The position numbers were made by a program, and so were the translations under genes. Shown here piece by piece: positions 1 through 14,640 of a stretch of 64,000 nucleotides of DNA. The notes beneath the pieces were generated by a model, which was not told the DNA's origin, searched no databases, and saw nothing but the letters and a program-made list of their open reading frames with translations. Numbering within the stretch: the stretch's first letter is position 1; each line of letters starts with the position of its first letter. Source of the stretch: Pirellulales bacterium (GTDB taxonomy: Bacteria > Planctomycetota > Planctomycetia > Pirellulales > JAICIG01); assembly GCA_040901675.1 (NCBI GenBank), contig JBBDYJ010000035.1, positions 192,001-256,000 on the forward strand, given 5' to 3'.

Positions 1-1
1 G

Positions 2-328
2 GCCAAAGAGTTGAGCGACTACCTGGAACAGGTGCATGGCATCAAGCCGGCTGCCGGCGGCGCGGTGATGATTTCGCCGATGGAGGGAGCTGGCGCCGCT
101 CCGGCGGCCGAGGCCAAGACCGAGTTCGACGTGGTCCTGGAAGGATTTGGCGACAAGAAGATCGGCGTGATCAAGGTCGTCCGGGCCGCCACCGGGCTGG
201 GCTTGAAGGAAGCCAAGGACCTGGTCGAGGGCGTCCCCAGCAAAGTGAAGGAAGGCATCTCGAAGGAAGACGCCGAGAAGTTGAAGAAGGATCTCGAGGA
301 AGCCGGCGCCACCGTCTCCATCAAGTAG
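2..328 (+). CDS. rplL: 50S ribosomal protein L7/L12 (5'-truncated by window edge)
   Basis: KTEFDVVL...[22 protein letters not shown]...[11 protein letters not shown] is the L7/L12 C-terminal signature; lies upstream of rpoB; frame is open to the window start. Confidence 0.98.
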   Translation, partial: AKELSDYLEQVHGIKPAAGGAVMISPMEGAGAAPAAEAKTEFDVVLEGFGDKKIGVIKVVRAATGLGLKEAKDLVEGVPSKVKEGISKEDAEKLKKDLEEAGATVSIK

Positions 329-554
329 GCGTCGGCGCGTGCGCACGCAGGGAGGAGCACCGGGCCGTGGGCCCGGCGCGGTCCGAAACCGTTTGACCTT
401 CACATTCACATTGCCCTCGAACCGATTTCCCTCGACCGCTGATGTCGCGCGGGGTCCGGTGAGCCGCTGCGCCGAAGGGGCCGCGGCGCTTGCCCCTCCA
501 GCATCCGTTGGAGTGAGAAATGGTTTGAGTGAAATCGAAGGAGCATGATCGCCT

Positions 555-3500
555 ATGGCCACCTCGGCAGAACGACGCTTGCGACCCAAGGAAGTCCGCC
601 GCTTCGGCTCGATCCAGAAACATCAGAGCATCCCCGATCTGACCGAAATCCAAACCCGCAGCTACGACGCCTTCCTGCAACTGGATCTCCCCCACGACAA
701 ACGGAAAGACCAGGGGATCGAGGGCGTGCTGCGCGAAATCTTTCCCATCGAGAGCTACGACAAGACCCTGCAACTGGAATACGTCCGCTACGAACTCGGC
801 AAGCCCCGCTACGAGCCCGATGAGTGCCGCCAGTTGCGGCTGACGTATGGCCGGCCGTTCAAGGTCTGGCTCAGGCTGACCAAGGCCGAGCCGATCGAGG
901 AAGAGGTCTACCTGGGCGACATGCCGATCATGCTCGGCGGCGGCGAGTTCATCATCAACGGCGCCGAACGGGTCGTCGTCAGCCAGTTGCACCGCAGCCC
1001 CGGCGTCGACTTCGTCAGCGAGATGGAGGGCAACGAACGCCGCCTGCACAGTTGCCGCATCATCCCGGAGCGCGGCAGTTGGATCGAGCTCAACGTGAGC
1101 AAGAAAGAGGTCCTCACCGTCCGCATCGACCAGAGCGGGAAGTTCTCCGCCCTGACCCTGCTGCGGGCCATGGACCCCAAGTACAGCCAAAACGCCGAGC
1201 TGATCCGCTGCTTCTACGAGACCACCATCGAGAAAGTCGTCGATGGCCGCAGCGTCAGCAAGATCGAAGGCAAGATCGCCGTGAGCGACGTGGTCTACCC
1301 GGCCAACAGCGAGAAGGCCGGTGAGATCATCCTGGAAACCGGCCAGAAAATCAGCAAGAACGCGGCCGAGCTGATCTGCACTTCGGGGTTGGCGTCGATC
1401 GAAGTCATGGCCGACGTCAAGGATCCCTTGATCTTCAACAGCCTGCAGGAAGACACGACCGGCAGCCACGAAGAAGCTCTTCTGAAGATCTACCAGCGCC
1501 TCCGCCCCGGAAATCCTCCCCAGTTGGAGAAGGCCCGCGCGCTGTTCCACGAGAAATTCTTCGACACCAACCGCTACCGGCTGGGCAAGGTCGGCCGCTT
1601 CCGCATCAATCGCAAGCTGGGGCTGAACATTCCCGAAAGCGAAATGACCTTGCGGCCCGACGACCTGATCGCCTCGATCAAGTATCTCTTGAGGCTGCGG
1701 GCCGACGATCCCTCGGTCGAAATCGACGACATCGATCACCTGGGCAACCGCCGCCTGCGGACCATCGACGAGCTGGCCTGCGACGAACTGCGCAAAGGCT
1801 TTCTCAAGCTCCGCCGCACCGTCCAGGAGCGGATGAGCCTCAAGGACCTGGAAGACATGACGCCGCGGGCACTGATCAATCCCAAGAGCATTTCGGCGGC
1901 CATCGAGTACTTCTTCGGCCGCGGCGAGCTGTCGCAAGTCGTCGACCAGACAAACCCCTTGTCGATGCTGACGCACGAGCGGCGGCTTTCCGCGCTGGGC
2001 CCCGGCGGTCTGAACCGCAAGCGGGCCGGCTTCGAGGTCCGCGACGTGCACATCTCCCACTACGGCCGCATCTGCCCCATCGAGACCCCCGAAGGCACCA
2101 ACATCGGCTTGATCTCCAGCCTGGCCATCTATGCCGGCGTCGACGAGTACGGCTTCCTGGTCACTCCCTACCGCAAGGTTTCCAAAGGCAAACTGACCGA
2201 CGACGTCGTCTGGCTGCGGGCCGACCAGGAAAGCGAGGCCTATCTGGCCCCGGCCGATACTCCCGTGCAGGGAGGCAAGCTGCAAGGCGGCTCGCAAGGC
2301 GATAACATCATTGCCCGTTACCGGGCCGACTTCGAGCTGGTGCCGATCGACAAGATCGAGTACATCGACGTGGCGCCCAGCCAGATGGTGGGCGTGTCGG
2401 CCGGCTTGATCCCCTTCTTGGAGCACGACGACGCCAACCGGGCCCTGATGGGCTCCAACATGCAGCGGCAGGCGGTTCCCTTGCTGGTCACCGAGCCGCC
2501 CATCGTGGCCACCGGCATGGAACGCGACGTGGCCCAGAACTCCGGCATGCTCGTGCGGGCCCGCAAGAAAGGCACCGTCTCCTACGTCGACGCCGAGCGG
2601 ATCGTGGTCGGCGACGACGTCTACGTCCTGCGAAAGTACGTGGGCCTCAACGAGCGGACCTGCCAGAACCAGCGCCCCATCGTCACGCCCGGCCAGAAGG
2701 TCGAGAAGGGCGAGGTCATCGCCGACGGCGCCGGCACCTTCCGGGGCGAGCTGGCCCTGGGACGCAACGTGCTGGTCGGCTTCATGGCCTGGGACGGTTT
2801 CAATTTCGAGGACGCCATCATCATCAGCGAGGAATTGGTCAAGGACGATACCTACACCTCGGTGCACATCGAGGAGTTCGATATCGAAATCCGCGAGACC
2901 AAGCTGGGCCGCGAGGAGTTCACCCGCGACATCCCCAACGTGAGCGAGAAGGCCCTGCGCAACCTGGATGAAGGGGGCATCGTCCAGATCGGCACCTTCG
3001 TGCGCCCCGGCGACATCCTGGTCGGCAAGGTGTCGCCCAAGAGCAAGACCGAGCTGACGCCTGAGGAAAAGCTGCTGCACGCCATTTTCGGCCGCGCCGG
3101 CGAGGACGTGAAAAACGACTCGCTGGAAGTCCCCTCGGGCGTGGAGGGAATCGTGATCGATACGCAGAAATTCTCACGCCGCCTCAGTCTCTCGGAGGAC
3201 GAGCGCAAGGCCTTCGAAAAGCAGCTCAAGGAAGCCGAGGCCGAGGGCAACGCCCGCATCGCCGAGGCCTTCGGCGGGCTGATCGAGGAGATGGAGGGCA
3301 TCCTGCAGCGGCAGCTCACCGACGAGGATGGCAACCCGCTGGTCCGCGACCAGGAACACAAGTACGTGGCCGAGCAGGCCCACCGCTTCAAGCTCGACAG
3401 CCTCGACATCCGCAGCCCGCAGCGCAAGGCCGACGTGGAAAAGGCCTGGAAGGCGCGGCATCCGCTGGTCGAGGTGGCCATCGACGAGCGCGACCGGCGG

Positions 3501-4277
3501 CTCAACTCGATGAAGCGCGGCGACGAGCTGCGCAGCGGCGTCTTGCAGATGGTCAAGGTCTACATTGCCGCCAAGCGGGTCATCTCCGTGGGCGACAAGA
3601 TGGCCGGCCGCCACGGCAACAAGGGTGTGATCGCCAAGATCCTGCCCCAGGAGGACATGCCTTTCCTGGCCGACGGCACGCCACTGCAGATCATGCTCAA
3701 TCCGCTGGGCGTCCCCAGCCGCATGAACGTGGGCCAGATCCTGGAAACCCACCTGGGGTGGGCCGGCGCCCATCTCGGTTTCCAGGCCATCACCCCGGTC
3801 TTCGATGGGGCCACCGAGGAAGTGATCCGGCAGTGCCTGGTGGAAGCCGGCCTGCCCAAGCACGGCAAGGCCCAGTTGCACGACGGCCGCACCGGCGTGC
3901 CCCTCGAGCAGGAAACCACCGTGGGCTACATCTACATGCTCAAGCTCCACCACCTGGTCGACGACAAGGTGCACGCCCGCTCGACCGGCCCCTACTCGCT
4001 GATCACGCAGCAGCCCCTGGGCGGCAAGGCCCGCTTCGGCGGACAGCGGTTCGGGGAAATGGAGGTCTGGGCCCTGGAGGCATACGGGGCGGCCTACATC
4101 CTGCAGGAGCTCTTGACCGTCAAGAGCGACGACGTCGAAGGACGGACCAAGATTTACGAATCGATGGTCAAGGGAGAGAACACGCTGGAAGCCGGCACCC
4201 CGGCCAGCTTCGACGTGCTCACCAACGAAATCCGCGGCCTGGGGCTGAACATGCAGTTGGAGAAGCGCACCATCTAG
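555..4277 (+). CDS. rpoB: DNA-directed RNA polymerase subunit beta
   Basis: 1240 aa; motifs [69 protein letters not shown]. Confidence 0.99.
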   Translation: MATSAERRLRPKEVRRFGSIQKHQSIPDLTEIQTRSYDAFLQLDLPHDKRKDQGIEGVLREIFPIESYDKTLQLEYVRYELGKPRYEPDECRQLRLTYGRPFKVWLRLTKAEPIEEEVYLGDMPIMLGGGEFIINGAERVVVSQLHRSPGVDFVSEMEGNERRLHSCRIIPERGSWIELNVSKKEVLTVRIDQSGKFSALTLLRAMDPKYSQNAELIRCFYETTIEKVVDGRSVSKIEGKIAVSDVVYPANSEKAGEIILETGQKISKNAAELICTSGLASIEVMADVKDPLIFNSLQEDTTGSHEEALLKIYQRLRPGNPPQLEKARALFHEKFFDTNRYRLGKVGRFRINRKLGLNIPESEMTLRPDDLIASIKYLLRLRADDPSVEIDDIDHLGNRRLRTIDELACDELRKGFLKLRRTVQERMSLKDLEDMTPRALINPKSISAAIEYFFGRGELSQVVDQTNPLSMLTHERRLSALGPGGLNRKRAGFEVRDVHISHYGRICPIETPEGTNIGLISSLAIYAGVDEYGFLVTPYRKVSKGKLTDDVVWLRADQESEAYLAPADTPVQGGKLQGGSQGDNIIARYRADFELVPIDKIEYIDVAPSQMVGVSAGLIPFLEHDDANRALMGSNMQRQAVPLLVTEPPIVATGMERDVAQNSGMLVRARKKGTVSYVDAERIVVGDDVYVLRKYVGLNERTCQNQRPIVTPGQKVEKGEVIADGAGTFRGELALGRNVLVGFMAWDGFNFEDAIIISEELVKDDTYTSVHIEEFDIEIRETKLGREEFTRDIPNVSEKALRNLDEGGIVQIGTFVRPGDILVGKVSPKSKTELTPEEKLLHAIFGRAGEDVKNDSLEVPSGVEGIVIDTQKFSRRLSLSEDERKAFEKQLKEAEAEGNARIAEAFGGLIEEMEGILQRQLTDEDGNPLVRDQEHKYVAEQAHRFKLDSLDIRSPQRKADVEKAWKARHPLVEVAIDERDRRLNSMKRGDELRSGVLQMVKVYIAAKRVISVGDKMAGRHGNKGVIAKILPQEDMPFLADGTPLQIMLNPLGVPSRMNVGQILETHLGWAGAHLGFQAITPVFDGATEEVIRQCLVEAGLPKHGKAQLHDGRTGVPLEQETTVGYIYMLKLHHLVDDKVHARSTGPYSLITQQPLGGKARFGGQRFGEMEVWALEAYGAAYILQELLTVKSDDVEGRTKIYESMVKGENTLEAGTPASFDVLTNEIRGLGLNMQLEKRTI

Positions 4278-4375
4278 CCCTTGGCCCCGGCGCGCCCTTG
4301 GCCCCGTTGGCACTTAAAAAAAAGCATATTCTCGTTTTTGCCACCGCAAGGTGTACCCGATAGGAGCGTAACCCA

Positions 4376-8722
<4,347 letters not shown>

Positions 8723-8749
8723 TCGTTGGCATTGCCGGTGCGTTGTCCG

Positions 8750-8948
8750 TACGACGGATGGGCAAACGGCGAGACCGCAAACCGGCGAAGTTGGTCACGT
8801 TCCCCGACGGGTCCGTGAGGACGAACGTCCAGCTCGCCCGGTCGAAGGCCAGCGTCTGCTTCGAGCCGAAGCGGGCCGTGGGTTGGCCATTCTCCATGTC
8901 GAACCAGAGCTGCGCGTTGGACTGGCCCTGGACCACGTAGCCCAGCAA
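8750..8948 (-). pseudogene. Probable Rhs/YD-repeat protein fragment
   Basis: Minus-strand peptide AQLWFDMENGQPTARFGSKQTLAFDRASWTFVLTDPSGNVTNF resembles YD/Rhs core repeats (LTDPxGNVT); no RBS, and the frame decays into antisense rpoC; boundaries approximate. Confidence 0.45.
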
Positions 8949-9069
8949 CTTGGCCCTGGCCCCCGATGCGCTGCACCGACAATTACGCCCCGTGGCGGTT
9001 ACCGCAGAGAATCATCGACCGACTCGCTGAGCTGGCCACGTGAGCGTCAAAGATCTCGAGACAGTGCAG

Positions 9070-9783
9070 CTAAGTTCTTAATAGCCCTTTACGTATCACC
9101 TCAAGGTAAGGCGTGCCGCATTTCTGTGTCATGACAGCCTGCGCGGCTGTCCAATGCCTAGCGGCAATGGACTCATTGAAGGCAAAGCCTAGAGCCAACT
9201 TGTCGCGATACAGTTTCAAGTCGCCTGGACAGAATCTAACTCGGAAAAAGAAGTCGAGTACACTCGCACTTGAAGTGCCCGAGCTATAGTCCCCGACCCA
9301 TTCGCTCAGCAGAACGGAGAACATATCTCCTGACGGGCATGCAATCCGAGACGCCAAAATAGCGTCGAAAAAGCAATCGATCACCGGTGGTTCGTGCAAC
9401 GTCTCTTGGACATTTCCTCCAGATGCCATCATTGTGTCACAGTCGTGCGTGGGTTCGAAGGCAGATACCCACCGTTTGATCGTCATCCGCAATTGCTGAA
9501 ACACAAAAGCCATCAGGTTGGCATGCTCCAGTTCCGCAGCCGACGTTGCAATAAACCGCGCGACGCTTTCCACCACGAGACATGAATCAGGCCGCATGCC
9601 TGCCACAAAGTCGATCGCGTTCGGAAGATGGATCACAGACTGATCGAAGTCATCCGAAAGGAAATATGAGTAGTCGCAGGCATCAAACGAAGAGTAATCC
9701 TCCTGCATACGACGAACGATCGTCCCTTCCGACCCCCAGTATCCTAGCCCGGCCAGCCAGTCAGCAACAGCCTGCTTCAACAT
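9070..9783 (-). CDS. Hypothetical protein, lower GC than flanks; possible orphan immunity protein
   Basis: 237 aa ORF with AAGGAG RBS 7 nt upstream of ATG; visibly more A/T-rich codon usage than rpoC and ligA. Confidence 0.7.
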   Translation of the reverse strand: MLKQAVADWLAGLGYWGSEGTIVRRMQEDYSSFDACDYSYFLSDDFDQSVIHLPNAIDFVAGMRPDSCLVVESVARFIATSAAELEHANLMAFVFQQLRMTIKRWVSAFEPTHDCDTMMASGGNVQETLHEPPVIDCFFDAILASRIACPSGDMFSVLLSEWVGDYSSGTSSASVLDFFFRVRFCPGDLKLYRDKLALGFAFNESIAARHWTAAQAVMTQKCGTPYLEVIRKGLLRT

Positions 9784-9959
9784 GTGACGACTCCTTGTTA
9801 ATTGGCACTTGCGAAGCGCAATTCAGTTGTGGCAGCGAGCCCCCCAAGTTAAAGCTCGTTTCGCGACAGGAGCTCCAAGGCAGCGAAAGCGGAGAACGGC
9901 GTTCACGCCACCGAGAAGCTCCGTTTTGCCTTTGGCTGGCCCCTTTTGCTCCGCGAGGA

Positions 9960-10040
9960 AAGAAAGGGGACGGTCAGTGTGCTCACAAAAGTAGAATGTC
10001 CCGTTGTTCTCCTCAAAAGTAGAATGTCCCCTTGTTCTCC
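9960..10040 (-). repeat. Repeat triad (AAGGGGACATTCTACTTTT family), locus A
   Basis: Two near-identical 27-nt copies CAAAAGTAGAATGTCCC(G/C)TTGTTCTCC at 9986-10012 and 10014-10040, plus an opposite-orientation partial copy AAGAAAGGGGAC at 9960-9971. Confidence 0.9.
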
Positions 10041-10091
10041 CAGCTCGGTCACCCGATCGTGGATCAGGCGCCCGAGCTTGTCGATGGAACG

Positions 10092-10829
10092 CTAACACCG
10101 ACGCCGCCGCTTGGGCATCCCACTTCGCTTCGCCTTCTCAATGACTAGCCCTTCAGCGGGTTCTTTTGCCGCCTCATCAGGAGTCTGCCCTCGGTTGTCG
10201 CGCGCGTTGCGCCACGCACCATGTTCCACGAGGATCTTCGCAATCGCAGGCTCCTCCCCTAACACCGCATAATGAAGCGGGGTTCGACCAGTGTTGTCCC
10301 GCACATTTACGGGCACATTGCGAGATAATAACAGCCGCACCGTCCGCATCTGACCTGCCAAAGCAGCCTCATGCAGCGGTGCCGCTGTGTCCCCCGACCT
10401 GGCATTCACATTCGCACCAGCTCTCACCAGACGAGCGGCAATTCTCTCTGCTTTCCGCCACTCCTCAAGCGATGGAAACAGGCTGCATGCTATGAGCAGC
10501 GGAGTCCGCCCTTTGTCATCCACTGCATCGACCTGGGCGCCGGCTCGGAGCAACTGGTCGACAGCGCCGAGTGAGTCTACCCAAACCGCCATGTGCAATG
10601 GCATCCAGCCAAAGAACTCGTCCCGACTATCGACCGCCGCCCCTGCCTTGATCAGCGCGCGAACGATTTGCTCACGCGCCCTAGAGTAACACCCAAGCGC
10701 ACCGTGCAGCGGAGTGCTCCCACGATCACCGCGCAGGTTTACATCAGCACCGGCTGACAACAGCGCGCGTACTGCGTTGTAGTCTCCTCTGCGTGCAGCA
10801 CGGTACAGCGACGCCGCTTCTTTAGTCAT
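10092..10829 (-). CDS. Ankyrin repeat protein
   Basis: Repeated GxTPLHxA...LLxAGAxVN/D motifs (GSTPLHGA, GWMPLHMA, GRTPLLIA, APLHEAA, GRTPLHYA). Confidence 0.93.
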   Translation of the reverse strand: MTKEAASLYRAARRGDYNAVRALLSAGADVNLRGDRGSTPLHGALGCYSRAREQIVRALIKAGAAVDSRDEFFGWMPLHMAVWVDSLGAVDQLLRAGAQVDAVDDKGRTPLLIACSLFPSLEEWRKAERIAARLVRAGANVNARSGDTAAPLHEAALAGQMRTVRLLLSRNVPVNVRDNTGRTPLHYAVLGEEPAIAKILVEHGAWRNARDNRGQTPDEAAKEPAEGLVIEKAKRSGMPKRRRRC

Positions 10830-10896
10830 TAGTATCGCCGTCGTGCATCGCCTTTTTCGGGGTCACCTGACTGTCGCCCGCTTGCACTTGCTGCCT

Positions 10897-13243
<2,347 letters not shown>

Positions 13244-13312
13244 GGCGATCCTCAACTTCCCTCCAGCGTAGCAGACGCGGCGCTCCAGCGGCAGCCAGGC
13301 ACTGCCGCGCGC

Positions 13313-13423
13313 AAAAAAAACCTCGAGGTAACGACTCCCAGCGCCGCTTCGGTCTCCACCAAGGAAACCTCACAGCCGTCGGCCTCGAGGTCTACGTCGT
13401 CGCGAACAAGTCCGCGACAACAC
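13313..13423 (-). ncRNA. Candidate ~110-nt structured sRNA or attenuating leader
   Basis: Starts just after a sigma70-like promoter; 11-bp hairpin with CUUG loop, then a long hairpin closed by CCTCGAGG/CCTCGAGG and followed by U8. Confidence 0.5.
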
Positions 13424-13428
13424 CCTTT

Positions 13429-13457
13429 ACTCTATCGAAACGCTCCATGCGATGCAA
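13429..13457 (-). promoter_or_regulatory. Sigma70-type promoter TTGCAT-N17-TAGAGT
   Basis: Reverse complement of ATGCAA (13452-13457) and ACTCTA (13429-13434), with a 17-nt spacer. Confidence 0.55.
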
Positions 13458-13631
13458 TAGCTGCGCTGGGTTCAGACGCGCGCGGGAAGCAGGAAGCCGC
13501 AAGCGGGACGCGCGATGGAGAGGCAAGACGCCCAAGCCGACGCGCTGCCCGAGGCGCGAGCGAGACGAGAGAGAACAGCGACGCGCTTCGGAAACCATCG
13601 GCCGGTTGCTTCAACAGTTATTCGGCCCGAT

Positions 13632-14474
13632 CTAGTTCAGCTCGGCGACCATCCGCCGAGCCGAGCGAAGATATGGCTTCAGTGCCTGGGCCTGCTCGGC
13701 CGAACAATCGGCCAGGTATTGCTCGAGGAGTTTCAAGGCGTGCACGGCGTCCCCCGTGCGCAAGTACATCAGTCCCAGGTCGCGCCCTTCGTCGGCCACA
13801 CCCGGCAGCAGCAGCGCCAGGCGCTGTTGCACCTTCAGGGCCGCCGCCCAGTTGCTGTGCATGACGTGGGCGGCCTTGAGGTTTCGCAAGATGCGGGTGC
13901 CTATCTGCAAGGCGGTGGCGGGGCGGAAGTGCTCGTCGGAAAGGACGCCCGGCTCGCCCAGCAACTGCTCGATCCGGCTGCGGCACGTTTCGCGGTCGAG
14001 CACGGTGCCCAATGAAAACGGATCGACGTACAACGTTTCGCCCCGTTCGAAGCAGCCCAGGACAAAGTGTCCGGGCGCAGCGACCCCATGAATCGCCAGG
14101 CCGGCCCGGGCCGCCACGGCCAGGTACACGATGCCCAACGATATAGGGATGCCCAGGCGGCGGTCGAGCACTTCGTTGAGGTAGCTGTTGCGCGGGTCGT
14201 AATATGCGTCGGTGTTGCCGCGAAAGCCCTCGTCGGCGTACAGCAACTCGCTGATCACGGCCAGCCGCTCGCGGAGCGTTTGCCCGGTCGAGCGCGAACT
14301 CAGCCGTTCGTCCGCCAGGCGGCCCAGGCGATCGAGCTCGGCCAGGCAGGCGGCCGGGTCGAGCCCGGGGTAGGCATCGGCGGCATATTCCAGCATCAGC
14401 CGCACCAGGTCCACGTCGTCGCGACGGGCCAGCAGCTTGTGGAATTCGACGTCGCTGGTGAAGGCCGGCGGCAT
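13632..14474 (-). CDS. SirB1/transglutaminase-like protein with C-terminal TPR
   Basis: GFRGNTDAYYDPRNSYLNEVLDRRLGIPISL, PGHF, YVDPF, RILRNLK are SirB1-family motifs. Confidence 0.9.
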   Translation of the reverse strand: MPPAFTSDVEFHKLLARRDDVDLVRLMLEYAADAYPGLDPAACLAELDRLGRLADERLSSRSTGQTLRERLAVISELLYADEGFRGNTDAYYDPRNSYLNEVLDRRLGIPISLGIVYLAVAARAGLAIHGVAAPGHFVLGCFERGETLYVDPFSLGTVLDRETCRSRIEQLLGEPGVLSDEHFRPATALQIGTRILRNLKAAHVMHSNWAAALKVQQRLALLLPGVADEGRDLGLMYLRTGDAVHALKLLEQYLADCSAEQAQALKPYLRSARRMVAELN

Positions 14475-14640
14475 GGTCGAGCCGTCGATAAAAGACGCGA
14501 GAAAACCCTATCAAATTCTAGGTCGGGCCCGGTGGTTTGACAATCTGGCTGCCGGCGGATGGCCGCCACGCTGGCCGCCGCCGCCGGACCTAAGTAGAAT
14601 CGTAATTTGGGTCTTTGTTGTCCCCGGTCCCCTGGGAGCG

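Noticed and set aside
4278..4310. CCCTTGGCCCCG direct repeat between rpoB and rpoC
   Set aside because: 12-bp GC-rich pair, too short to interpret
9986..10040. 28-nt-period direct repeat as a possible CRISPR array
   Set aside because: Only two adjacent copies with no spacer; locus B has irregular spacing and an inverted copy; no cas genes
13313..13423. Possible tRNA, SRP RNA or 6S RNA
   Set aside because: No cloverleaf, T-loop or CCA; no SRP GGAA/AGCAG domain IV motif; too short for 6S. Kept only as an unknown RNA candidate
14437..14640. N-terminal extensions of track ORFs (uvrA from 14437, ligA to 13158, SBP to 23843, permease to 28876, uppP to 48148)
   Set aside because: They overlap neighbouring real genes or promoters; homology-like sequence starts at the downstream starts used above
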